Shown: positions 20,693 through 31,700 of the stretch, piece after piece
Numbering within the stretch: position 1 is the stretch's first letter
Layout: each line of letters begins with the position of its first letter
NCBI RefSeq assembly: GCF_000142905.1
Contig: NW_013657632.1
Coordinates: 186,001 to 250,000, forward strand
Reading direction: 5' to 3'
Length of the DNA: 64,000 nucleotides
DNA from: Thecamonas trahens ATCC 50062
Taxonomy: Eukaryota; Protista; Apusomonadida
The notes under the pieces: model-generated
Databases searched by the model: none
Told to the model about the DNA's origin: nothing
Seen by the model: only the letters and a program-made list of their open reading frames with translations
Position numbers and translations under genes: made by a program

Positions 20693-23600
20693 ATGGACGT
20701 CATTCGCGGACGGTCACAGGTGGCCGAGGCCGTGGTGGCCTGCTTCCATGGACAGCTTCTATTCAAGGATCTGTCGGTGGAGCTGCGCAGAGCAAAGCCT
20801 CTGTTCATGAACCCGCTACACTTTCCTGTACGCAGTCTGGTGTGGTGAGGGGGAGGAGGGAGGGGGAGGCCGATGGGTGGGTGACGCTGCGGTGCGGGCG
20901 CGCCAGAAAAAGCCCATCCATGACTGGCGGCTCTCCGCCGGAGAAGGTGCGGCAGGGCGTGGCGCAGAAGAGGGCATGCTGGGCAGAGAGGGGCTCACGG
21001 TGTGCTGTACATGTATGTGGATGTGTGCGGGTGGTGCGTGGGGCGTGGGAGGGAGTAGGAGCGGTCGGCGGATGACGCCAAGAAGGTCAGCGAGGCCGAG
21101 ACGACGCCGCTGAACATCTACGGTAACGAGAGCAAGCGGTCGGCGACGTTCATCAAGCGGGTCAACGAGCTTGCTGAGGACCTCAATCTCAACCATATTG
21201 TAGCTGCGGCGTTTGTGCAGGAGGCACAGCGCAAGCTTCCGGGCTATGAGGGCCCGCTGGGCGAGGACGAGCCGGACCTCGAGGTCCCGCGGCTGGCCAA
21301 GCAGCTGTACTTTGAGGAGCGGCGCGCTCTGCTGCTCGCGCTTCTTGAGCTGGTCAAGGGCCGGATGGACGACTCCTATCGACGGTGCCAGGATACGCGA
21401 CAGCGCCAGGAGGGTCAACGGCGCCAGGCGGGCATTGTGGCGTTTACCGACGAGTTGCTGACGGTCCACGATGTGGCCAGCAAGCTGGCCAAGCTCGTGA
21501 CGCGGGCCAACCGGGTTCTCACCACCGACGCCGAGCTCAACAAGTACGGCCCTGACGGGCGGGTGTACTTTATCGACGAGCGGCAGCACTTGGCGCTCAC
21601 GCTCTTCTACATCTACTACCAGGGCTACCGCGAGCCCAAGACGGTGCGCGAGCTGATGACAGTGTTCAAGGAGACGGCCAAGCTTGCACGGTCAGACGAC
21701 GCCGACGACCCCACGTTCCAGGTGGCGGTCCTGCTTGCGCTTGCGCTGGTGGCGGCGCTCGATCCGACGAGTCGGGATATGGAAACGGGCGGGCCATCGA
21801 TGGCGTCGCCAAGCCAGCGTACCAACTCGCTGCTGGCCGACGAAGCGTTTGGCAAGAACATGCGCGAGTTGCTCGGCACCGCGTCATCGTGGGAGGCGCA
21901 CACCAAGGGACTCCGGGCCTTGGTCCTCCTCGCGTTTTCGCTCTTTGTCACCGATGCCAAGTGGGCGGACCACGCGGCGCAGTTCAGCGCGGCGGTTGCC
22001 GACAATGTCTTTGAGTTTGCGCGGACGCGCATCCTCGCGTCCAAGCTCTTCCTCGAGGCCTCGCGCGACACGCCGTTCTTTGTCTCCAAGCTCGACGAGC
22101 TCATGATGTGCTTCCTCAAGTCGAAGCCGTCGCAAGTGACTCAGCTCAAGCAGGAGGACGAGCAGGCGACGCGGCGCGAGATGACGACGGGCGGGCAGGG
22201 CGGTGAAACGCGGCACGACTTTGAGCAGCTCCTCTTCTTCCTCACGGCTCTGTACTCCAAGTGGCCGGGAGCGCTGCGTTTCTGGACTGACCGGCCGGAC
22301 GTGCTGACGTCGGCGAGCATGAACGTGACGATCCGGCTTCACGTGGCGTACCTCGACTTTCTGGCGGCGCTGGCCAACACACCGGAGGCGGCCGAGCAGG
22401 CGTACTACTTTCTGGACTCGCCGCCCAACGCGTCAGTCGGGTGGGCGCACTTTTTCGAGGTCATCAAGAACTACGAGGCCGAGCTGCGACGCGATGACGC
22501 GCGGTCACACTCTGCGCTCGCGCCGCGGGTGGCGCGCGAGCTGCACCACGACGACGTCATGGGCCTCTGCGCCATTCTCCGGCTCATGGAGACGGTGCTG
22601 ACCCACTACGCCGAGGCGCGCATGGCCATGGAGTCGTCGCGGCACTGGGCCGGCCTCCAGTCGCTCTTTGGCCTCCTCGCTTGCCAGGTGCCTGCCGTGC
22701 TCAAGGCACACCTGCTGCGGGTCATTGCCGCCTTTGCGCGCTCGCCCGAGCTCTGCGCGCGTGTTTGGCAGCTTGTCGAGCAGGCTGGCCTGCTCCCGAT
22801 CCCGCGCGACGGGAACCCGAACGCATTCATGGCGGCTCTCGAGGGCAAGCCATCGGCAGACGTGGTCCTCATTCCGCGCGGCGGTGGGCGCGAGTACGGA
22901 ACCGGGGTGATGGGCCACGAGGCGAGCATGGCGGCGAGCCGGGCGCTGGTGGCAGGCGGCCCGCCTCTCGCCGGCATTGTCTTTGACCTCGAGGAGATCG
23001 AGGCCCGGGACGAGGCTTATCCAGAGACGCTGGCGTTTCTCCTCCTGCTCACCAACCTCATCCGCAGCGGCGTTCCGCAGCGGCTTGGGTTTGGCATGCG
23101 CGACCCGGGCTTCCTCCCGTACTTTAACTTTGTGGCTGGCCATGTGTGGCTCAAGTTTGACACACGCGGCTACGCGTTTACAGGGCAAAAGTGGGAGGTG
23201 GCGCGGGCGGCGCTCATTGTCTTTGACCGGCTGCTGAGCCAGTACGTGCCGGTCGAGTCGGACTTTCTGGACGACGCGACACTTGCTGCACAGCCGGAAG
23301 AAGTGTCCAAGCTCCGCACGCCAGGCTTTGCGCTGATGTCGGCCATGCTCTCTGGCGGACCGTTCTACCGCAAGCTTGTCTCTGTCCTCGAGGTCGGCGT
23401 GGACGCGCTTGAGGGCGACCGGTTCAAGGCCGGCGGCGAGGCGCTCGAGGCGTGCATTCTCCTCTGCCTTCGCATTATCAACCGGACCTTTGAGCTCGAG
23501 CCGGTCTTTCTCAAGTTTCTGCGGTCGGCGACGGTGTTGCCGTCTGCGGTGCGGCTCGACCAGTCGCTGCGGCAGAGCAAGAAGGTGCTCGGGGCGATTG

Positions 23601-26600
23601 CCAACTATGTGTCGTACCGCCACTGCGCGGAGCTCGTCTACAACGCGGTCAAGGTGCTGCAGTCGCTCTCGGCGACGGGCGTGCCGCTCGTCCCGGTCCT
23701 CTCCTCGCTCAACATGGCGGACGAGGTTGCGCTCAAGCTTGTGGGGCGGCTGGAGGACGGGACGCCGGAGATTTTGGAGCCTGAGTTGCTCCACCCGCTC
23801 CTCTCGGTGCCTCCACTGGCGTCGCTGGCGCTCAACGACCCGTTCTTCCTCCTCACGCCCGACGTCGAGGGCGCGGTGGTCGACGTCGAGGCGCTTGTCT
23901 CGTCGGGCCTGCTCTCTGCAGACATTGTGGCTGAGTACTACGTCAACCGGACGCGCGAGGCGGTGCTCGAGCTGCTCCTTGTCTCGCTCAATGCGCCGTA
24001 TCCGTCGATGACTCATCTGCTCTGTGGGTTCGAGCTCGAGCGCGGGCTTGCGGCGTCGCGGCTGGTCTCGATCGCGCACAACTGCCTCAACATCCTGCTC
24101 CAGCTGGCGGCCGACCCTGAGTTTGTGGTCTACTTTCCGACGCTTGCCGAGGGTACGGCGCGTCTGGTGCATGCGCTTGTCTCGACGCCTGCGACGTCGA
24201 CGGCGACGCTGCAACTGCTGCGATCGCGCGATGTGGACTACTTTGAGGGCGCGTACGCGGTGCTGAGGACTGCCTACACCATTGAGCCTGAGCTGCCGGA
24301 CGTGTCGGCCGGGCCGGTGCTCCGTCTGCGGTACACGTCGTGGATTCTGAAGTCGATTGCACTCGAGCTGCATGTGGCTGGCGGGCCGAACACGGTCCAC
24401 CGGCCGCAGGCAGTGCGGCTGCTGACGGCGCTGTACTCGAGCTCGGAGCCGCGGCAGCGAGGCGAGCCTGGTGCGCTGCCGTCGTTTTGGGACGCTGCTG
24501 CGAGCGCCCACGGCGAGGCGTCGGGAGTGGAGCAGGCTCGGATGAAGCTCCTCGAGGTACTGTACTCACTGCAGGAGGTGGACGAGGTCGAGCCGCCGTT
24601 CCCGAGCATTCCGCTGGACGAGGGCCTTGTGGCGACCACGATTTCGAAGAACGCAGCGGGCGTAGAGTGCTTTGACGTGCCGGCGCTGTACCGGGTGCTC
24701 ATGGCTGCGCCGCACCTACGGGCGGGCATGATGCCTGGGACCGGGATGAGCGAGATGGGCGTGGGCGACGAGAGCTCGGACGCGGCGTCGGTGGTGCACC
24801 AGCTGGTGGCGGCGGCGGCCGACTGGAACGGGTACCATGAGCGCTTCATGGCGCGGGTCGAGGTCATGACAGCGTGGTCGCAGATTGTGCTCGCCACGCT
24901 TGCGCGGTGCTACGAGCTACTTGGCTCCGAGTCACGCGAGTCGATCCTGTTCATGGTCCTCGACTCGCTGCTGTTCCTCCTCGGGCGCGGGGTGAGCGCC
25001 AAGGCTGTGGCGCGGTCGATGACCTCTGTCGTCCTCGCCATCCTGTCCAAGCTCCTGCAGGTGCAGGTCTCGTCGCGGCAGACGACACACGTGCCGGTCA
25101 ACCACCTTCACGCGCTGCTCCGCGGGATTCTTGCGGCGCTGCTGCGCCACGGGTCCGACCAAGTCCAGCGCGGCAACCTGTACGCAGCGCTGATGGCGTA
25201 CCTGCAGCTGACGCAGCCGGACGTGACGCTGAGCGCCAAGCACCTCGGCGAGGACGCGGGAAGCTCGCTCAACGAGTCGGCGTGGGGCGAGCCCGAGTCG
25301 CGGGCGCCAGCCGAGGCGCTGGCCAGCCGGCGGTCAGCGATTGCAAGCGGAAACGCTAAGATTGTGGCCGCCGCGGGCGAGGCGCTACTCGACGTGCTCT
25401 GCCGCGACGCGTCGCACGGCAAGCAAGTGTGGCAGGCGCTCGCCTTTAGCGCGCTCAACGTCCTGGTTGCCGCCGTCGGCTCGGGCTCGCTGCTGCAGTA
25501 CATGAAGACGCACGGATACCTGCGTGTCTTCCTCGACGACCTTGACAAGCAGGACTCGCTGCTCTCGTCTGTCCTCACGTCGTCGGCGACTGGAACCGGG
25601 GTCGAGCTCGGGAGTGCGGCAGCGCTCCGTGCGCTGCACGTGTACGAGGCCAAGATGGCGCTGCTGCTGCGGCTGGCCGGGACGCACAACGGGGCGCGGG
25701 CACTCATTGAGAGCGGCCTCGTCCACAGCCTCATCTCGTGCCACTTTGTGGACTACCGGCCCGAGCCGTCGGTGCTGGACACGCTTGCGCCTGTGGTGGT
25801 AGAGACGTACCACTCGCTGCTCATGCCTGTGCTCCAGCTCCTCACGGCGCTGCTGAGCTCGCTTGGATCTGCGGCACTCGACCAAGTTGTCGCGTTTCTC
25901 TCTGCGCACGCCCAGCTCGTCCTGCTGGTACTCAAGGACCGGGCGCCGACGGTCCGCAAGGAGTCGCTGGCCGAGGTGCGTATGATGACCGCGTTGTTCT
26001 ACGCGCTGGCTCGGGTCAACAAGGCCAAGCGGCTGGAGGCACTGCTGCCGGAGTTTGGGTGGCAGTTTCACGGCCACCTCCTCGCGCTCCTCGCCAAGTA
26101 CTCGGTCGCGGCGCGGTGGGAGACCAAGTTGCACCCGTCGACGATCCTTGAGGCTGCCGCACGGTCGATCCGGGTCATCTGCCGCAACGTCATCGGCTAC
26201 TGCACGGTGGTCTCGTCGCCAGCGGCGGGCGACGAGCTCCCGCTCACGGCCTCGGGCCTGCTCTTCTCGCCCGAGCTCAGCGGGGCGCTGATGGGCGCGA
26301 CGGCGGCCGAGCCGGTTGAAGTGCCGCTGGCCATCCAGACCCGCGCGCGCTCGCCACCGCTCGCCACCCTCGTCATCTACGTCTCGTCGTGCGCCCTCGA
26401 GCTGCAGACCACGTTTACCCAACTCGACCTGCTCGAGCGCAGGGCCGGGTCGATGGCCGAAATGGAGGCTGCCGAGGAAGAGGCTGCCCAGGCACTCGTC
26501 GAGTCGATGCGTCTCAAGAGAGAGGACATTGCCACCCTCTGGTTCTCGCTGGAGAACACGCTACTTGTTCTCCTCCGGCACCTGCAGTGGTACTTTGAGC

Positions 26601-26908
26601 TGTTTGTGCCCGGCGGCGCAGCCTCATCCTCGACCTCGCTGGGCAACGGCGCTGCCGGCGACGCAGACTCGCTCACCGTCAAGGAGCTGGCCCAGCTCGC
26701 GTCGGACGCCTCGGCCTGCATCACGCCGGTCCTCGACTCGCTCCGCAAGCTGGACTCGGCCTCGGGCTCGGCCAGCGAGTTTGTGCAGTTCCTTGTCCGC
26801 CGCCTCCGTGAGATGCTCCGCGTCGGCGTGGACCGTCACGGCTCGGCGCTTGCCCGCGAGGAGGTCTTTTCGCACCGCCGCCGGCAGGAAGCCTACCCGA
26901 TGATGTAA
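20693..26908 (+). CDS. NUP205: Nucleoporin Nup205/Nup192, 2 exons (20693-20827, 21059-26908)
   Basis: About 1994 aa helical solenoid with YFEERRALL, LEEIEARDEAYPETLAFL, KWEVA, PGF, QRGNLYAAL, YEAKMALLLRLA. Phase-0 intron GTACGC...GGCTCAC...TAG joins NPLHFP|ERSADD. Confidence 0.9.
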
Positions 26909-26973
26909 AGTACTGATGCGCAGTGCGGGGGAGTATCGGGGTGGGAGCAGGGGGAGATTTTGTTTTATCGTAG

Positions 26974-27262
26974 CTACAATCAAGCGCAAGGAACGAGCAA
27001 ACAGCGTGAGTGGGTGATGAGGAGGAAAGAACGAGAGGAAGGGCATGGCATGGGCATGGCAATCCCCTCAGGGTTAAAAAGCTCTTGTTGTTTCACCACG
27101 AGTGGCGGTCCTACCCGCCGTAAGCGTCGGATTTGTGATCATCATTAGGAGGTCGCATGCCTGCGAAGCGAGCAGCGGCGGGGCGTGTCGGGGCGACAAC
27201 GCGCAGCGCGCAGCTCGGGGAGAGAAAAAGAGAGGGAGAGGGGATCGGGCAGAGTCGCGTAC
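26974..27262 (-). other. Predicted RPL32 3'UTR intron hosting a snoRNA
   Basis: Donor GTACGC 45 nt after the stop, pyrimidine tract, ACTCAC branch, TTGTAG acceptor. Confidence 0.75.
27063..27152 (-). ncRNA. Box C/D snoRNA copy A (U36/snR47-like SSU guide)
   Basis: C box ATGATGA (27145-27139), D box CTGA (27071-27068), short terminal stem. D guide GAGCTTTTTAAC is complementary to the conserved 18S GUUAAAAAGCUC; C' GTGGTGA. Confidence 0.88.
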
Positions 27263-27307
27263 CACATGACGGTTGCACAGTTGCCTGGCTGGTCGTACTT
27301 CTTGGGT

Positions 27308-28149
27308 TTACTCGTCCTCCTCCTGGCGAAGGCGGGCATGAGCATTGGTGAGCTTGATGTCGAGCTGCTGGGCGCTGTGGCAATCAGAGGAAGGGGGCAG
27401 AGAGGTGAGTGAAGGTCGTGGGGAGAGAGAGCAGATGCTGTGCCAGGGAGGCAATGCGATCCCCTCAGGGTTAAAAAGCTCTTGTTGTTTCACCACGAGT
27501 GGCGGTCCTACCCGCCGTAAGCGTCGGATTTGTGATCATCATTAGGAGGTCGCATGCCTGCGAGACCAGAAGCGCGACGTCGAGAGGGCGACGACGGACA
27601 GCTGGGAAAATAAAACGGGGGAAAGATGGGCAAGGGGAGAGAGAGGGAGGGAGGGCAAGGAAGGAGGAACATACCGCTTGACGATGGCACGGCGCTTGCG
27701 GGCCGAGACGCTCTTGCAGATCTCGCCGGCAAACTTGCGGTGCTGCATCAGGAGCACATCAAGGTCAGCGACGTTGCGGACGTTGAAGCGGTAGAAGCCG
27801 TTCGGGTCGCGGTTGCGGGTCACCTTGTCTGTGCCGTAGCCAATGTTAGGCATGGGGAGGGCGCCACGGAAGCGACGACGGACGCGGCCATCGATACCCT
27901 TCGGCTTGCGCCACGACGGCTGTGGGGGGGAGGGAGGTAGACGACGAGGGTGCGGTGAGTGGGTGGGTGGGTGTAGGGGGGGGGGGAAGGGAGGGGGGAG
28001 TAAAAATCAAACACGACCAAGACAGAGGGACATACCTTGACGGAGTAGCGACCGTTGGACGGGCCGAAGACGATACCGGACTGGTGGCGGGTGAACTTCT
28101 TCGACCGCTTGACGACCTTCTTCTTCTGGTAGGGGAGAGCCTTCACCAT
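27308..28149 (-). CDS. RPL32: 60S ribosomal protein eL32, 3 coding exons (28149-28036, 27919-27675, 27374-27308), 141 aa
   Basis: KKFTRHQS...[24 protein letters not shown]...[25 protein letters not shown]. Both introns are GTATGT...ACTCAC...CAG. Confidence 0.96.
27460..27549 (-). ncRNA. Box C/D snoRNA copy B in RPL32 coding intron 27674-27375
   Basis: Within a 105-bp exact duplicate (27459-27563 = 27062-27166). Its 3' end is about 85 nt upstream of the acceptor, typical of intronic C/D snoRNAs. Confidence 0.9.
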
Positions 28150-28154
28150 GTTAA

Positions 28155-28638
28155 CTGTATGCGGTGGTAGGGGAGGGGGGAACAGATTGGGTTGAGTGAG
28201 TGATCGCCAATGGTCTTTGGGCATCCGAGACACACAATGTGCGAGAATGGAGAGGCATCGAACAGATGGCATAGAAATAGATAGACAAAGGCAGTCAAGG
28301 CCATGCTGGTGTGCTCCATGTTCGTGCGACGGGAAGAGGCTGTATCCCGGTCGTGTAGACGTGGACGGGCGTGTGCGAGGGGAAGGAAGGGTGGGCAGAG
28401 TGGGCGCAAACAAAAACAGAGGCTGATGCCCAGACGGTGTAGACGAGGTAGAGGCCAAGGGGCATGGGGCTAGCCACAGCACCGGCAACAACAACAGATG
28501 GCTTGCAGCTGACCCATTTCCATGGACGCATGCGTAGGTAGTGTGGGGGAGGTGGGGGGAGAAGGAGGAGGATGCAAGGGGAAGGAGGGGAGGGAGGGCA
28601 TGCGGTATGGCAAAGCGCAAGGCGTTCGGAGGACGTAC
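28155..28638 (-). other. Predicted RPL32 5'UTR intron
   Basis: GTACGT donor after a pyrimidine-rich leader, ACTCAC branch, and ATACAG acceptor 5 nt before the ATG. Confidence 0.7.
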
Positions 28639-28793
28639 CAATTGAGGCGAGTGGTTGCACTGGAGAGTGAAAAACAGAGTGTGGCCATTTGCGCGAGCTC
28701 AACTCGGATCGACTGCGAAAACCATTCCGCTCGTCTCGGCACGTTTCGCCGACAGCCCGAAAAAAGGCTACTTTTCCGTTCACGTGCCGCACC

Positions 28794-31700
28794 ATGTTCC
28801 GCACGCGTGACTCATGGCCATGCTACAGGCGAGCTCTCTTTGGCCTTGTAGGCCTCGTTTTGCTGACCAGCTCGAGCAGAGTGCTGGTAGAGGCTGCTAC
28901 ACTAGAGTCTGCTGATGTAGCCTGCCCGGGATTTACTGGGCAGGCCCTTGCCTCGCCGTATGGCATGGGAAAGAGCGAGCAGTCCTCCATTGCGCTAAAG
29001 GACTACCGCGCGGCGACAAGCTGCAAGCCGTTTTTACCCACCTCGACGATCTTTGTGGATCCAAGCACCATGTTCCGGATCGGCCAACTGAGTGCTGCGG
29101 CTAGTAGCGGGGACATTGTCACTCGGGTGGCCAACGTGAGCAAGGTCGAGCTCGAAGCCGCGTTTTCGGACAGTCCCTGGACAGCAGATGGCGCGCTCAA
29201 CGACATTGCCTACGCGCCGGGCACATTCGCAGCCTCCATGGACGGAAGCGACGTCTCGTTGTTTACTCTCGGTACCGGCGCAGCATTTGCGGCGACTCTG
29301 ACGGACGTCATCAACGAGCCCAGCTTTGCCGATGGGTTTGTTTTCGAGACTTCGTCGCTTGCGTGCGGCTTGGCAGGCTCGGCGTGCACGTTGTCAGCGA
29401 ACGACGGCGTTGGACGGAACACTGTTCTACAGCTCCGATATTACAAAGTCTGCACGCCGTTCAACTATGCGGGTGGCTCCGCGACGCCGCATACCATCAC
29501 AGGCGACAACAGCGCGCCGCGCGGCGACTCGCTCGCGCTCAACTGCGACGGCGGTGATACGCTGTTTGGCGCGCCGGGAGGCGTGACGACATGCACGGCG
29601 AGCCTTGAGTGGGATCCTCCGGCCGCCAGCGTGCGGTGCGGCCCGCCACCGTCGCCACCACCACCCCCATCGCCGCCGCCGCCTCCATCGCCGCCGCCGC
29701 CACCGCCCTCGCCGCCGCCCCCATCACCGCCGCCATCGCCGCCGCCCTCGCCGCCGCCATCGCCGCCGCCGCCTTCTCCGCCGCCGCCGTACGCCTGTAA
29801 CTTGCTGTCTGCCCCGACCAACGGGACGATTTCATTTAGCAATGCAGGGTATGCTGGATCGCTGGCAACGATTTCGTGCGACACTGGCCTCGATTTGGTC
29901 GAGGGGTCGGCGAACAGGAGCTGTGTGGGGCCGATGTGGGACGGGCTCGGTCCAGCCGTGTGCCGGTTTGTGGCCTGCCCGCCGCTTATCGCGCCAACGG
30001 CAGGCAATGTGGCATGCGACGGCGGATCGAGCTTGTCGAGTCCGGCTGCGTTTGGCGAGACCTGCAGCTACTGGTGCAATGCTGGCTACTCGCTGGTGGG
30101 GGGCGCCTCCCGCGTTTGCCTCGGCGACTCGACGTGGAGTACGGGCCAAATAGCGTTTTGCTCATCTTTCAACATCACAACGTCGTACGCGGTCGTGCCT
30201 GGCAGCAGCAGCGGGCAGATGGTCCGCGAGGTTGGGTCTGTCGTGGCGTACAAAGTCTACGTCCGCGATGAGTTCTCCAACCCAACAGGGACCGGGGCCG
30301 ACGAGCCGTACGCGCGAATGACAGCGCCGAGCGCGAACGGCGCCAACCTGGCGGCGGCGACGTATGTGACGGTCGGCGAGTACGATGTGGCGCTAACGGT
30401 GCCAACGATAACAGGCAACTACGTGTTTGAGCTTGGGCTCAACGACATGGCATTTGTGGTTGCGCCATGGACGCTGGCAGTCACGGCGGAAGCCGGCCCG
30501 GTGTGGGGCCCAGCGTGCGCTCTGGTCGGCCTCCCAAACTCGGGTGTGCTCGAGGTGGAGACTGGGTCGGAGACGCGATTCAATGTTGAGCTGTGGGATG
30601 CGTACGGTAATAGCCTGGCGGCGGCACCGGACACGGGTGCGATCGCGGTCCAGGTTCGGCAGGGAGTGACGGTCATAGCGTCGGCGGTGCAGGTCATCTC
30701 GCTGGATGCGGCGTGGCTGGTGTTTGACGTCAAGGTGCCGGACGGCGGAACGTACACGCTGCTGGTTGAAATAGATGGGCGCGCCATTCCGGGCGCGCCT
30801 TTTGTGATGAACGCGGCTACGACGTGCGAGCCTGGCACAAAGGTGCTCGACGGGGTCAAGTGCGCTGCATGCGGAGTTGGGACGTACTCGGACAGCGTCA
30901 ACGCGGTTGTGTGCCCAACGTGTCCAGGCTTTACCACCTCCCAAGAGGGCTCGACATCGTTCCTCAACTGCACTTGCTTGCCCACGTTCTGGTTTGGAGA
31001 GGGGAAGCGCAGGGCTGACAAACCATGTGTGCCGTGCCCAGCTGGTGCAATCTGCGACGGTGGCGTCACGCCGCCGCGGGCGGCGCCCGGTTTTGAGCCG
31101 ACTGACGACGGAAGCGCATTTGTGGCGTGTCCGCGACCGACGGCGTGCGCTGGCGGCGGGCATTGTGCGGCCGGGTACGCCGGTCGGCTGTGCGCGCGGT
31201 GTGCATCCGGATACTATCGGCTCAACAACGAGTGCCGCAAGTGCAAAGGCTCAAACGTAGTGGTTATTATCGCGCTGGTATTGCTTGTCTTTGGATACGT
31301 GGCGGGCGTAGTGTGGATCAACACGCGGAACACCAAGGTGTACGGGTACGCGGCGTTTGTTATTGCACTCAACACGCTGCAGGCTGTTGCGCTGTACGGC
31401 ACGATCCAGCTCGAGTGGCATCCGGTCGCTGACGCCATATTTGATGCCGTCTCGCTGGTTAATCTCAACCTGGATCTGGCGGCGCCCGAGTGCGGGCTCG
31501 ACGTCGGCGACGTGTGGATGTTCAAGTGGGGCATGACCATGGCAATGCCGGTTCTCTTCCTCCTGCCGTTTGGCATGGTGATTGTTGTGGGGAGCGCGGT
31601 GACCAACGCGCACCACAACCGCGAGGTGGCCGACGGCAAGGCCGACGGCAAGCGGGCACTGCTGCGCCCGAGTCCGGCGCTGATCGGCGCGGGCGGGCGC

